The notes under the pieces are model-generated. The model was not told the DNA's origin. It searched no databases and saw only the letters and a list, made by a program, of their open reading frames with translations. A stretch of DNA of 64,000 nt from an uncultured Parcubacteria group bacterium (GTDB lineage Bacteria; Patescibacteriota; Patescibacteriia; UBA9934; CAMTUG01): the NCBI GenBank assembly GCA_947084965.1, contig CAMTUG010000002.1, positions 15,434 to 79,433 on the forward strand, written 5' to 3'. The position numbers were made by a program, and so were the translations under genes. This document shows positions 1-8,543 of this stretch, piece by piece; within the stretch, counting starts at the first letter, position 1; every line of letters begins with the position of its first letter.

Positions 1-218
1 GTGCCAATTTCATCTTTGCGATCAAGGTGGCGACTTCCGCGGATGGTGACGACATCTTCGGCGACGTAGACATCGAGATCTGCCTGCTTCACTCCGGCGA
101 TGGCGGACGTTATGATCACCTTATCATACGTTTCAGCAACGTCAACAGAAAGCTGGCCTTCATCTGGAGTAATCCAAGGGTCTTGCTTCAGTTCAATGCT
201 ATCAGCCGAGAATTTCAT
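1..218 (-). CDS. Hsp20/alpha-crystallin small heat-shock protein (N-terminal ~72 aa; 3' end runs off window start)
   Basis: Reverse-strand ATG at 216-218 translates MKFSADSIELKQDPWITPDEGQLSVDVAETYDKVIITSAIAGVKQADLDVYVAEDVVTIRGSRH, a typical alpha-crystallin domain; absent from ORF track only because truncated. The + ORF 27..305 is its antisense. Confidence 0.6.
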   Translation of the reverse strand, partial: MKFSADSIELKQDPWITPDEGQLSVDVAETYDKVIITSAIAGVKQADLDVYVAEDVVTIRGSRHLDRKDEIG

Positions 219-219
219 A

Positions 220-891
220 CTAGGCAGTCGGTGAGGTTAACTTCCATCCGCGAACAAATTCGTACAACGGCCCGAGGGCAAAGCCCATCGCCGCGGACCA
301 GATGATGATCGGGAGCGGGGTCGAGAGGAGGAAACGATCGGAAAGGGAAAGGTCGTTCCAGATCCCGTTCATCACGTCACCGGTGTCTTGGTAAAAGGCG
401 ATCTCATAGAGGACGAAGATAATGACCGCCATGAGAAGGCCGCTTGCAAGAGCGTCATTTAACAGGTCACGGCGGTGGGCAATGACATAACTTGTGACAA
501 AGAGGGCGCTGACAACGATCGCCTGCCAGGTGGAAACTTCTAGCAGATAGGTGAGGAGGAGAGCAGACCATGTCCAGGCGATGGTCAGGAGAAAGAGACG
601 AAGGAACCATCCGGATGCGGCTTTGCGTGGGGCCGTTCGTTTGCGTCGAACGCCGTAGGATTTTCCAAAGATCTGCTGAAACGCGACGGCGGCGATTCCG
701 GCGAAGAAGAAGGAGAAGGCGAAATCAAACGCCCCTCGCGTCCCCAGGGAGAGGGGAGTGAGGAGCGTTGTCATCACGCCGATCGCGATCATTTCAAATC
801 GCGTTTCTTTGCGACGCAGGAACAGGTACAACCAGCAGATGCCGAGGAGGACGGTGAAGACGAGCATATTCGGGGAGAGCATACGCCCCAA
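220..891 (-). CDS. polytopic membrane protein, function unknown
   Basis: 223-aa ORF with ~6 hydrophobic helices; stop abuts Hsp20 start (218). Confidence 0.6.
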   Translation of the reverse strand: MGRMLSPNMLVFTVLLGICWLYLFLRRKETRFEMIAIGVMTTLLTPLSLGTRGAFDFAFSFFFAGIAAVAFQQIFGKSYGVRRKRTAPRKAASGWFLRLFLLTIAWTWSALLLTYLLEVSTWQAIVVSALFVTSYVIAHRRDLLNDALASGLLMAVIIFVLYEIAFYQDTGDVMNGIWNDLSLSDRFLLSTPLPIIIWSAAMGFALGPLYEFVRGWKLTSPTA

Positions 892-902
892 AGTATAGCA
901 CG

Positions 903-1979
903 TTATGGGATCAGTTGTTCACTGAAGAGAGCGTCTTCGCGTCCGGTCACGTAGAATCCTGTTTCGTAGTCAGTCCAAGCCCCCTCGCTGCTGGCGATAA
1001 GCGAGCGCCACTGGAAATAGTTGTCAGTGTAGGCGGCGTCGTTTTGGAACGGACGTTTTTCACCATTGTTCACGTAGTAGACCGTGGTGTCATTGAGCAA
1101 TAATGATCCGTCCGGATATTCCGCCGAGGTGATGTCGCTCCCGGCGCTGTAATGGCTGAAGAAGGTCGGTTCAATGTCGATCACACGGTTGGCCCAAGAT
1201 GATCCGTACAGAGCGGTGGCGATCTCCTCGGTCGTCACCCAATGTAGGACATTCCCGGGGGAGACAGCGTAGACGTTCGGATCAGACTGAATTTTGACAA
1301 GGGCTGTGCCCGGGCGGGAGAGAATGGGGGTGCCGAGCGAGATGCTCGCCATGTCTGAGGCCGAGATTTCGAAGACCGCGTCAAAATTTTCGAACCAGCT
1401 GAGGTAGATCAGGGCATCTGGGAACGGATGGCGTTTGCCGTCGAGTCCGATGTAGTAGACGGCCGAGTCGTTTTGGGTTTCGGGATCGCCATCGTCTGGG
1501 AGTTTAACCAGATCGTCGACGTCCACCGAGACCGGAAGGAGTTCTTCGGCCTCTTCGCGTGAGTCAGGTGTTTCATCGACGGCGTCTTCATCAGAGTCAG
1601 ATGACGTTCTGGTCGCACTACCACCACCCCCGCCGCCTCCACCTCCGTCACCGTTGCAATTATCGTCAACGATGTAGGTGGTGATCACAACGGTCATTGG
1701 CTCGTTGATGACGAAGTTACAGGTATCGATCTCCTGATCGTTTGAAAGTTCGTAGTCGCCGCTGTCGATGCTGAAGGTGTCGTCCCCACTGACAGTGATC
1801 GTGATCGTGTTACCATCGATAACGACGCTGTCTGCTTCGGAACCGGCCTCGATCGTCACCGTGACCCCGTTGTCTGTCGTCAGGGTCGTGTCTTCATCAA
1901 AGACAACGTCACCGGCCAAGGCACCGTGTGGTGCTGTGAACAAGACGGAGACGAAGAAAATTAGGAGTAGGCGTTTCAT
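903..1979 (-). CDS. secreted acidic protein with poly-Gly linker and duplicated C-terminal module
   Basis: N-terminal signal peptide MKRLLLIFFVSVLFTAPHGALAG; GGGGGGGGGGS linker; two copies of a VYY..G(E/K)KRPF.. ~100-aa module. Confidence 0.7.
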   Translation of the reverse strand: MKRLLLIFFVSVLFTAPHGALAGDVVFDEDTTLTTDNGVTVTIEAGSEADSVVIDGNTITITVSGDDTFSIDSGDYELSNDQEIDTCNFVINEPMTVVITTYIVDDNCNGDGGGGGGGGGSATRTSSDSDEDAVDETPDSREEAEELLPVSVDVDDLVKLPDDGDPETQNDSAVYYIGLDGKRHPFPDALIYLSWFENFDAVFEISASDMASISLGTPILSRPGTALVKIQSDPNVYAVSPGNVLHWVTTEEIATALYGSSWANRVIDIEPTFFSHYSAGSDITSAEYPDGSLLLNDTTVYYVNNGEKRPFQNDAAYTDNYFQWRSLIASSEGAWTDYETGFYVTGREDALFSEQLIP

Positions 1980-1988
1980 ACAAAACGC

Positions 1989-3149
1989 TTAGTGCACCCA
2001 AACATCAATGCGAATGTCGCCAGCCGGGAGATCGGCCGTAGCCGCCCCGGCGCTTACGTTACAGGCACGCAAGGTAACGGTGTCTACAGCAGAGACGTAG
2101 GCTGTGTAGGTGGTTTCATTTCCAGAGAGCATATCTGGATCAAGTCCAATGGCCACCGTATCACCAACAGTTGCACTTGTGACGATGAACGTTAACTCGT
2201 CGCAGTCATTCGTTGCGATGACACCGAAATCGGCCACAGCTTCGTCGCTATAATGTGCTGTAATTTCTGTGCCGTTTCCGATCGTTACTCCACCTCCTGT
2301 AGTCACAGAGGTAAAGCTGGCTGTACCGTTTTCTAAAATAGACCACTGATCATCAACGAGTTCCAATTGCTCTATTCCAGAACCGATAGTGATTTCGTCG
2401 CTCACTGCATTGCCGTTTATCGTAATCGTGTCACCGCCTCCGCCGTTGGTTTCAAGGGTAAGGGAACCGGATGAGATATTTAAGTCCCCGGTACTATTTG
2501 TGATTTCTGAACTTGCACCGTCATGGGCGATAGAGAGGTCGTCGCCCGTTCCGATAGAGAGGACGATGTTGTCATTGAGCTGAACGTTCCCGTCAGAAAA
2601 GAGCGCTTCGCTCCCCGAAACGGTAAATCCTGCGGTAAACGTTGTATTTATGCCGAGAAAGTCAACATCGTCTGAAAACGCGACGGCGTCGTTAAAGCTT
2701 GCGCCCGCGTTGATGTCGAGGGTTCCTGTTGTAATGTCGACGTTTCCTCCCAGTTCGCCGATGGTGACGCTCTGCCCTAATAACAAGAGGGACCCAGCAA
2801 CGTCGCTCACGGCGATGGTCAGATCGCCATTGATATTGGTAATGTCCGTGTCCACTCCATCATGAACAATGGAAAGGTCGTTCCCAGTTCCAAGTGAAAG
2901 CACGACGTTGTCATTCAGCTGGACGTTTCCGGCGGAGAAGAGTGCTTCACTCGCGGTGTTCGTGAAACCTGCTTCCATGGTTACGGCGCCGGTCAGGGTT
3001 GATGTTCCCGTGACGTCGAGGGTACCATCGGTCACGATGTTTGCCGAAAGAGTTGTGGCGGCCTCGGCGATGCCGACGATTAAGAGAAAGGAGAGTCCGG
3101 AAACGGCCAAGGTGCGCAAGAGACGCGCTCGATCCATTGAATAAATCAT
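1989..3149 (-). CDS. secreted beta-helix-like repeat protein (adhesin-like) with internal 113-aa tandem duplication
   Basis: Signal peptide; Gly/Thr/Asn/Asp-rich repeats GNVQLNDN(V/I)VLS(L/I)GTG(N/D)DLSI(V/A)HDG occur twice; nucleotide copies offset by exactly 339 bp (~2310-2648 vs 2649-2987). Confidence 0.7.
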   Translation of the reverse strand: MIYSMDRARLLRTLAVSGLSFLLIVGIAEAATTLSANIVTDGTLDVTGTSTLTGAVTMEAGFTNTASEALFSAGNVQLNDNVVLSLGTGNDLSIVHDGVDTDITNINGDLTIAVSDVAGSLLLLGQSVTIGELGGNVDITTGTLDINAGASFNDAVAFSDDVDFLGINTTFTAGFTVSGSEALFSDGNVQLNDNIVLSIGTGDDLSIAHDGASSEITNSTGDLNISSGSLTLETNGGGGDTITINGNAVSDEITIGSGIEQLELVDDQWSILENGTASFTSVTTGGGVTIGNGTEITAHYSDEAVADFGVIATNDCDELTFIVTSATVGDTVAIGLDPDMLSGNETTYTAYVSAVDTVTLRACNVSAGAATADLPAGDIRIDVWVH

Positions 3150-3158
3150 AGATGTAAA

Positions 3159-4367
3159 TTATTTCTGTTCTACTTTAGCACATTTTTTAAATCCGACCCA
3201 GCGGATACGTGGTCGAGGAAAGAAGATGTAAGTGATGTTAAACTGTGATTTAAACCGTGAGAATCCATGCCAGGAATCTGGGTCGCCCGGGGCCCAGAAG
3301 ACCCCCATGTCGAGGTAGCGCAGGCCTGCGGCGATACTATCTTTGAACCATTGATCCATGAGGCCGATGCCGATTGGGGCATCCTTTCCTTCGCGATTAA
3401 TAAAGGAGATGACGTGTTCAGACTGGTTTGCTTCTGGGATATTGAAGACCGCTAGTCCGGATTCAATTTTGTCTGATCCGACGCGTTTCGCTGCATAGCA
3501 GATGACCATCCCTGGTTGGCTTTCGTTGCGGTGGGTGAGAGAGGTGAGAAAAAATCCTTTGAGGATGGGATTTTGGGGAGAGCGCTTATAGGCGACGAGA
3601 AATTCTTTGAGAGGAACGCGGGTGACCTCCCATTCGGTTTGCGCCCGCCACTTTTTCAGATGGCGTCGGGCGTGCTCGGACCATGCGGTTGGATAGCTAT
3701 CGTCCGTTGGAAGTTCGACGAAGCCTTTTAGTCGTTGGAGCCAGAACAGCTTGTTTGTTTTCCATCCTGTTGGAACAGGGGCTTCGCGCAGCGGCTGCCA
3801 GATGACCAGGCGGCGCGGTCCGCCCGGTTCAATGGCCGGCTCGACATCACCGACAAAGTGATCAAAACAGATTGGGCCGAATTTCCAGCGAGCGCCGATG
3901 CATTCTTCGTGTCCGATGATCGTGATTCTTTTTGATTGCTTAGCATTGCGTTCTAAGTACGCTCTACAAGAAAGGAAACTTTGATATTCTGAATGAGGAG
4001 CGATCGTGCGTTTGTGCTGATCTTCGACGACGATCTTTTCTTTGCGTCGGACAAAGCGTCGTGGCCAGACGATCCAGATAGCCATGATCATAGCGACGAC
4101 GAACAGGAGTCGAGGGGAGATGATCCCAATGTCCATCACACTCGCCCCGACGATCGCCAGCGTAATCAGGGAGAGAGTGCGGGTCATTTTGAGCGTAGGG
4201 ATGAGCATGAAAACTGATCCCAGGATCACGAGCCCGACGCTGTCAAAGATCGAGATCGCCCTAGCCTCGCTTGGGCCTTGAACCACAAATGCGCGGGCTA
4301 CGCCGAGGAGAATCAACGTCAGTCCGAGGATTTGGCGGGTGAACCGGTGGCTCGAGTGGGCGTTCAT
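3159..4367 (-). CDS. membrane-anchored protein (3 N-terminal TM helices) with large C-terminal globular domain; possibly FemAB/GNAT-fold acyltransferase-like
   Basis: 402-aa ORF; N-terminal TM segments then soluble domain. Family assignment is a guess from size and architecture only. Confidence 0.55.
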   Translation of the reverse strand: MNAHSSHRFTRQILGLTLILLGVARAFVVQGPSEARAISIFDSVGLVILGSVFMLIPTLKMTRTLSLITLAIVGASVMDIGIISPRLLFVVAMIMAIWIVWPRRFVRRKEKIVVEDQHKRTIAPHSEYQSFLSCRAYLERNAKQSKRITIIGHEECIGARWKFGPICFDHFVGDVEPAIEPGGPRRLVIWQPLREAPVPTGWKTNKLFWLQRLKGFVELPTDDSYPTAWSEHARRHLKKWRAQTEWEVTRVPLKEFLVAYKRSPQNPILKGFFLTSLTHRNESQPGMVICYAAKRVGSDKIESGLAVFNIPEANQSEHVISFINREGKDAPIGIGLMDQWFKDSIAAGLRYLDMGVFWAPGDPDSWHGFSRFKSQFNITYIFFPRPRIRWVGFKKCAKVEQK

Positions 4368-4438
4368 AAGATGAGCCGTATTTTAGCACGGCACGGCCTT
4401 GACTTACAGAAAAAGAAACGTTATCCTTTTCGCGCTAC

Positions 4439-4513
4439 GGCCCCATCGTCTAATGGTTAGGACACGGGCTTTTCAAGCCTGTAACCGGGGTTCGACTCCC
4501 CGTGGGGTCACCA
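4439..4513 (+). tRNA. tRNA-Glu (anticodon TTC), CCA encoded
   Basis: Cloverleaf by eye: acceptor ggcccca/tggggtc, D-arm gtctaatggttaggac, anticodon stem cgggc/gcctg with loop ttTTCaa, T-arm cgggg-ttcgact-ccccg, discriminator a, CCA. Confidence 0.85.
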
Positions 4514-4515
4514 GA

Positions 4516-4545
4516 AAAAGAACTGACAAATGTCAGTTCTTTTTC
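4516..4545 (+). terminator. rho-independent terminator hairpin after tRNA-Glu
   Basis: aaaaaGAACTGACAaaTGTCAGTTCttttt: perfect 10-bp stem, 2-nt loop, T-tract. Confidence 0.6.
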
Positions 4546-4700
4546 TGTTCCACAGGGAGTCGAACAGGGAGGGGTTTGGGGAACGGGAGTTCCCCACCTC
4601 TGCCGGGTGAGGCATACGGAGGGGTCGCAACCCCTCCGTAGTTCGGTGAGACTCCCCGTGGGGTCACCAAAAAATCCTCCAACGTTTGTTGGGGATTTTT
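4546..4700 (+). repeat. degenerate tRNA-like segment ending in exact 20-nt copy of tRNA-Glu 3' end, plus second terminator hairpin
   Basis: gactccccgtggggtcacca at 4650-4669 is identical to 4494-4513; no complete cloverleaf upstream; followed by hairpin aaaaatcctccaacgtttgttggggatttttt. Confidence 0.5.
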
Positions 4701-4740
4701 TGTTATGAAATGGTGATTTTAAAATGTTGCCTCGTTCGAT

Positions 4741-5331
4741 TTATTCCGGCTTGGCATTGTCGTGGTTGACCCACGCTTGGGCGCAAGCGGGCGAGAGATC
4801 ATCGAAATGCCTCTCCAGACAATCTACGAGCGGTTCAGATCCTGGTGCTGGCATCACCCCGCTGCAGTAGGTGCGCTTATCCTGTTGGCAGGCGGTAACG
4901 AGTGTGTCGTTAAGTGTCTGACGGCACTCAAGCGATGTACGACATTCTGCACTGATGTCATCTTTGTGCTCGTCATACAGACAACGCACAAGATCTAGTT
5001 TCCACGAAGCCTCGATGTTTTCGCCTGACCATTCATCAGGACACCAGATTTGGATATCGGCATTGCAAGCTCCGGCGTCTGAGCAGGTGACCGTTGCGGT
5101 CAAGGCGCCGTTAGCAGAACTTTGCGATTCTACTGTGCGTTCGGATGTGCTTTCCGGTGCTTCCTGCTCGTTCGGTTCCTGCTCATTTACCTGATCAGGG
5201 GTAGAGTTCGAAACGGGGGACGATTCGGCCGGGGTCTCTGTTTGATCCATCACGAGCCGTGTGGTGATCAGGGCCCCACCAAAGACGACAGCGAGTACGA
5301 TCAACGCGAGCTGGTATTTGTGCATTGTCAT
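4741..5331 (-). CDS. membrane-anchored, secreted cysteine-rich protein (about 12 Cys), unknown function
   Basis: N-terminal TM anchor MTMHKYQLALIVLAVVFGGALITT, acidic low-complexity linker, Cys-rich C-terminal domain. Confidence 0.65.
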   Translation of the reverse strand: MTMHKYQLALIVLAVVFGGALITTRLVMDQTETPAESSPVSNSTPDQVNEQEPNEQEAPESTSERTVESQSSANGALTATVTCSDAGACNADIQIWCPDEWSGENIEASWKLDLVRCLYDEHKDDISAECRTSLECRQTLNDTLVTACQQDKRTYCSGVMPAPGSEPLVDCLERHFDDLSPACAQAWVNHDNAKPE

Positions 5332-5410
5332 AGTCTGTGTGAATGAGACGATTCATACCTTAACCATATACCGATCGTCTCCTGTTGTCTAAGTGCGCTG
5401 AACAGGTCGA

Positions 5411-7183
5411 TCATCCAACAAGCGATGCTTCTAGTGCGAACCATTCTTTTTCGATCTGTGTTAGTTCCTCATCGATCTCGGCGAGGCGGGTGGCTTTGGC
5501 GGGGGCGTAGTCGGTGGGGTTGTCGAAGTAATAGCCGAGGATTTCGCTTTTTTCTGCGTCGAGTTTCTTCTGCCGCTCCAAAAGCTTTTGCTGATTGCGT
5601 AGGATGGCGCGGCGTTCGGTGGCACGCAAGTGGCGGTTGGAGGACTCTTCTGCGTGTGCCTCCTTTGTTTCTGGATCACCGTGTGTTGTTTGCTCAGAAA
5701 GTGCAACAAGGTCGGCGACGTACTCTTCGTATGTGCCGATGTAGCGGTGACCGATCCCGTTATGAATCTCGAAGATCTCATCGATGATCGCATTCATAAA
5801 CGAGCGAGCGTGAGAGACGATGAAGATTGTGCCTGCATACTCTTTGAGCGCCCGAGCCAACACTTCGACCGTTTCTACATCCAAGTGGTTGGTCGGCTCG
5901 TCGAGGATCAGGACGTTGTGTTGTTGTAAGACGAGCTGGGCTAGCCGCACCCGAGCGCGTTCACCACCGGAGAGAACGTTGCACGTTTTTTCAAGGTCAT
6001 CGTTCCTAAAAAGAAACGCTCCGGCTGCGGCCAGCACGCGCTCGGCGGGCGTTTCTGTTCCTGCTCCCCGCATCAGAGCTTCGAGAACGGTTTCGTTTGG
6101 TACAAGGGAGTCCTCGGACATCTGAGAGAAGTAGCCGATGTCGGCGCGATGCCACCATTTCATCTTGCCGCCGAGCACAGGGGTTGTTCCAGCAAGTGTT
6201 TTGAGGAAGGTCGATTTGCCATGCCCGTTTTCGCCGACAATCGCAACTTTGGCCCCGCGCGGAACTTCGTAATTGATCCCGCCGACGATGACTTTTTCTC
6301 CATAGCCGATCGCCAGATCTTCACAACGCACCGCTGGCCCGGGAACAACAGGCGGGCAAGGGATTTTGAAGGCGGTCGTTGGGAGCGCACGACCAATTTG
6401 ATGCAACTGCGAACGCAGCTTGGCGATGTGGTGCAGCTTGCTCTGGGCGCGGGTAGCCAGGCTCGCCTTGTAGCGGAATCGGTCGACGAATTCCTGGGTG
6501 TGGGCGATTTCACGGCGCAGGCGTTTGTTGGTGCGCTTGGCGTATTCGACCTGCTCCTCTTTCCAATCGAGGTACGTTTCGAGGTCGCCAGGAAACTCGA
6601 CGAGCTTTCCCCCTTCGACTTCGAAGGTGCTCGTGCAGATCGATTGCATCGCTTCGCGGTCATGGGACGTCATGATGAACGATCCAGAGTAGTCTTTAAG
6701 GAATGCTTCGAGCAGAAGGATCGTCGGCAAGTCAAGATAGTTCATCGGCTCATCGAGCAAAAGCAAGTTTGGTTGATCGAGTAACATACGCACCAGTTTA
6801 ACGCGCATCTGATAACCGCCGGATAAGGTCGTTGGTATCTTTTCTAAATCTTTTTTCTGCATCCCGAATCGCGAAGCGAGCTTGGCACATTCCCACTCTG
6901 GACGCCCGCTCCCGCTTGAGAAGTAGGCGAGCGTCGTCATGTCGCTCGGAAGGAGTTCGTGTTGACGCAAAACACCTAGCCGCGTCCAGGGCATGAGCTT
7001 GATCGTGCCAGCGTCGGGTTCCGTGTCACCGGCGAGGACTTTAAGCAGCGTTGTTTTGCCCGCCCCGTTGCGGCCGGAGAGCCCGATGTGCGCCCCTTCC
7101 GAAATCACAAAAGAGACGTGGTCAAGTACGACCTGTTTGTTGTAGGACTTTTCAAGGTTGTTGACTTCGAGAAGCGGGCGCAT
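5411..7183 (-). CDS. ABC-F family ATPase (two ABC domains, no TM; Uup/EttA-like translation factor)
   Basis: Two Walker A boxes (GRNGAGKTTLLK, GENGHGKSTFLK), two signatures (LSGGYQ, LSGGERAR), charged inter-domain linker. Start taken at MRPLLEVNNLEKSY (7183); ORF track extends to 7261. Confidence 0.9.
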   Translation of the reverse strand: MRPLLEVNNLEKSYNKQVVLDHVSFVISEGAHIGLSGRNGAGKTTLLKVLAGDTEPDAGTIKLMPWTRLGVLRQHELLPSDMTTLAYFSSGSGRPEWECAKLASRFGMQKKDLEKIPTTLSGGYQMRVKLVRMLLDQPNLLLLDEPMNYLDLPTILLLEAFLKDYSGSFIMTSHDREAMQSICTSTFEVEGGKLVEFPGDLETYLDWKEEQVEYAKRTNKRLRREIAHTQEFVDRFRYKASLATRAQSKLHHIAKLRSQLHQIGRALPTTAFKIPCPPVVPGPAVRCEDLAIGYGEKVIVGGINYEVPRGAKVAIVGENGHGKSTFLKTLAGTTPVLGGKMKWWHRADIGYFSQMSEDSLVPNETVLEALMRGAGTETPAERVLAAAGAFLFRNDDLEKTCNVLSGGERARVRLAQLVLQQHNVLILDEPTNHLDVETVEVLARALKEYAGTIFIVSHARSFMNAIIDEIFEIHNGIGHRYIGTYEEYVADLVALSEQTTHGDPETKEAHAEESSNRHLRATERRAILRNQQKLLERQKKLDAEKSEILGYYFDNPTDYAPAKATRLAEIDEELTQIEKEWFALEASLVG

Positions 7184-7272
7184 GTAGCGGCAGTATAAAG
7201 CAGGCGAAGGAATCTGAAAACGCGTGCGCCGCCCGGAAGTGCTCCGAGCGGCGTGTTGCATCGCCCCGCGCG

Positions 7273-7419
7273 TCAGCGGGTGGCGAGGAGGATAAGGGTC
7301 CGGACGAGGTAGTACTCTCCGCAGGTGGGAGTGTAGGGGATGGCGCTTGCCTCGATCTTCTGGAAGGCGCGCTTGAGGGCCTCGGGACCTTTCCCAAATT
7401 CTTCAGTGCTTTGGAACAT
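7273..7419 (-). CDS. possible small protein (48 aa), GC3-rich codon usage
   Basis: MFQSTEEFGKGPEALKRAFQKIEASAIPYTPTCGEYYLVRTLILLATR fills the 195-bp gap between ABC-F and the next gene; nearly every codon ends in C/G. Speculative. Confidence 0.3.
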   Translation of the reverse strand: MFQSTEEFGKGPEALKRAFQKIEASAIPYTPTCGEYYLVRTLILLATR

Positions 7420-7456
7420 GATTAAAGATCTCCGCCTGGCGGACGCTACACCGCGT

Positions 7457-8521
7457 TTATGTGTTTGTCCAGCCCACCACTGCGTCGTACACTTCGCCTT
7501 GCGTTGCCCACTCAATCAGCCCTTCAGCGACCAGAGTATTGATTTGCGTGAAAAAGTAGCGGAGCACCGCGTCGTTTTCCCTCTCCCAATCTGTTGTTTG
7601 GATATGGACGTCGATCTTTCCAACTTCTGAGCCATCATGTAATTCTGCAATTTCACGAATCTCAGCGATCAGGGCATCAACGTCGCCGCTTTCAAGTGGA
7701 CAGTTTGGAGCACAAGAAGCGTAATCTGTCCCTTCGGCGCGCGATTCCTCCAGTTGCTGGAGGGTGCCGACGCTCCCAGCACTCACAAGCAATGTGCCGT
7801 CTTCATCCGGCGCAAAGTCGAGGGCGTTTTTAACGAAGAATGGGTGGTAGCGTAAGGTGAGGTCTTCCGGAGCGTTGTCGTGGTACGTCGTTTCGCTGAT
7901 GTAGTCATCGGTCCAGCCGTCCGGACGTTCTGAGAGAGGCATCGACAAGTAGTGAAATCCGACGATCCCATCGATATACTTGAATCCGGCCCGGATCATG
8001 CCAGACGCCCAATCAGACGCCCCACCTGCGCCCGAGCACCCGCGGTTATGCTCGGCACCGACTAAGGTGTCGACCAATTGCTTTCGCGTAGTTAGTTCGC
8101 GGACGAGTTGGGGGAGCGGATAGTCCCGGCGGGGGTTGATGTCGCAGTGGGTGCCAACGCCCATCCCTGCGGCAACGAACTCTTTGAGGACGTTCACGCC
8201 ATAGTTCGCGCTTGCTTTGGCGAACGGTTGTTCGGACTCGACCGTAATTTTGGCATTGTATTCCGTGGCGAGTTGAAGGGCATAGCGGAGCTGAGTGACG
8301 TGACGATCAAAGATCCCTCGGTCGCGATCATCGGTGTGATTGCTCTCCATGTGGGTCATGGTGGCGAAGTAGAGCGGGGCGTCTGTGCGCACAGATACTG
8401 GTTCCGTTGCCGCTTTGCGTTCTTCGGTTTGCGGTGAGGATGATGGTCGCAAAAGATATCCTGTCACAACACCGACGGCGGCAACGATCAGGATGGCAAT
8501 AACAAAAAGAGAGCGTTTCAT
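7457..8521 (-). CDS. membrane-anchored or secreted hypothetical protein
   Basis: 354-aa ORF with N-terminal signal/anchor MKRSLFVIAILIVAAVGVVTGYLL; no recognisable motif. Confidence 0.65.
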   Translation of the reverse strand: MKRSLFVIAILIVAAVGVVTGYLLRPSSSPQTEERKAATEPVSVRTDAPLYFATMTHMESNHTDDRDRGIFDRHVTQLRYALQLATEYNAKITVESEQPFAKASANYGVNVLKEFVAAGMGVGTHCDINPRRDYPLPQLVRELTTRKQLVDTLVGAEHNRGCSGAGGASDWASGMIRAGFKYIDGIVGFHYLSMPLSERPDGWTDDYISETTYHDNAPEDLTLRYHPFFVKNALDFAPDEDGTLLVSAGSVGTLQQLEESRAEGTDYASCAPNCPLESGDVDALIAEIREIAELHDGSEVGKIDVHIQTTDWERENDAVLRYFFTQINTLVAEGLIEWATQGEVYDAVVGWTNT

Positions 8522-8543
8522 ATGCGGCTATGATGCCACAGAT

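Noticed and set aside
27-305. 92-aa + ORF at the window start
   Set aside because: Antisense to a clear Hsp20 alpha-crystallin-domain reading frame on the minus strand.
4546-4669. Second tRNA or tmRNA after tRNA-Glu
   Set aside because: Only the 3' acceptor/T-arm half is present; no 5' acceptor strand, D-arm or anticodon arm can be paired; too short for tmRNA and lacks its 5' GGGG...tag-peptide features.
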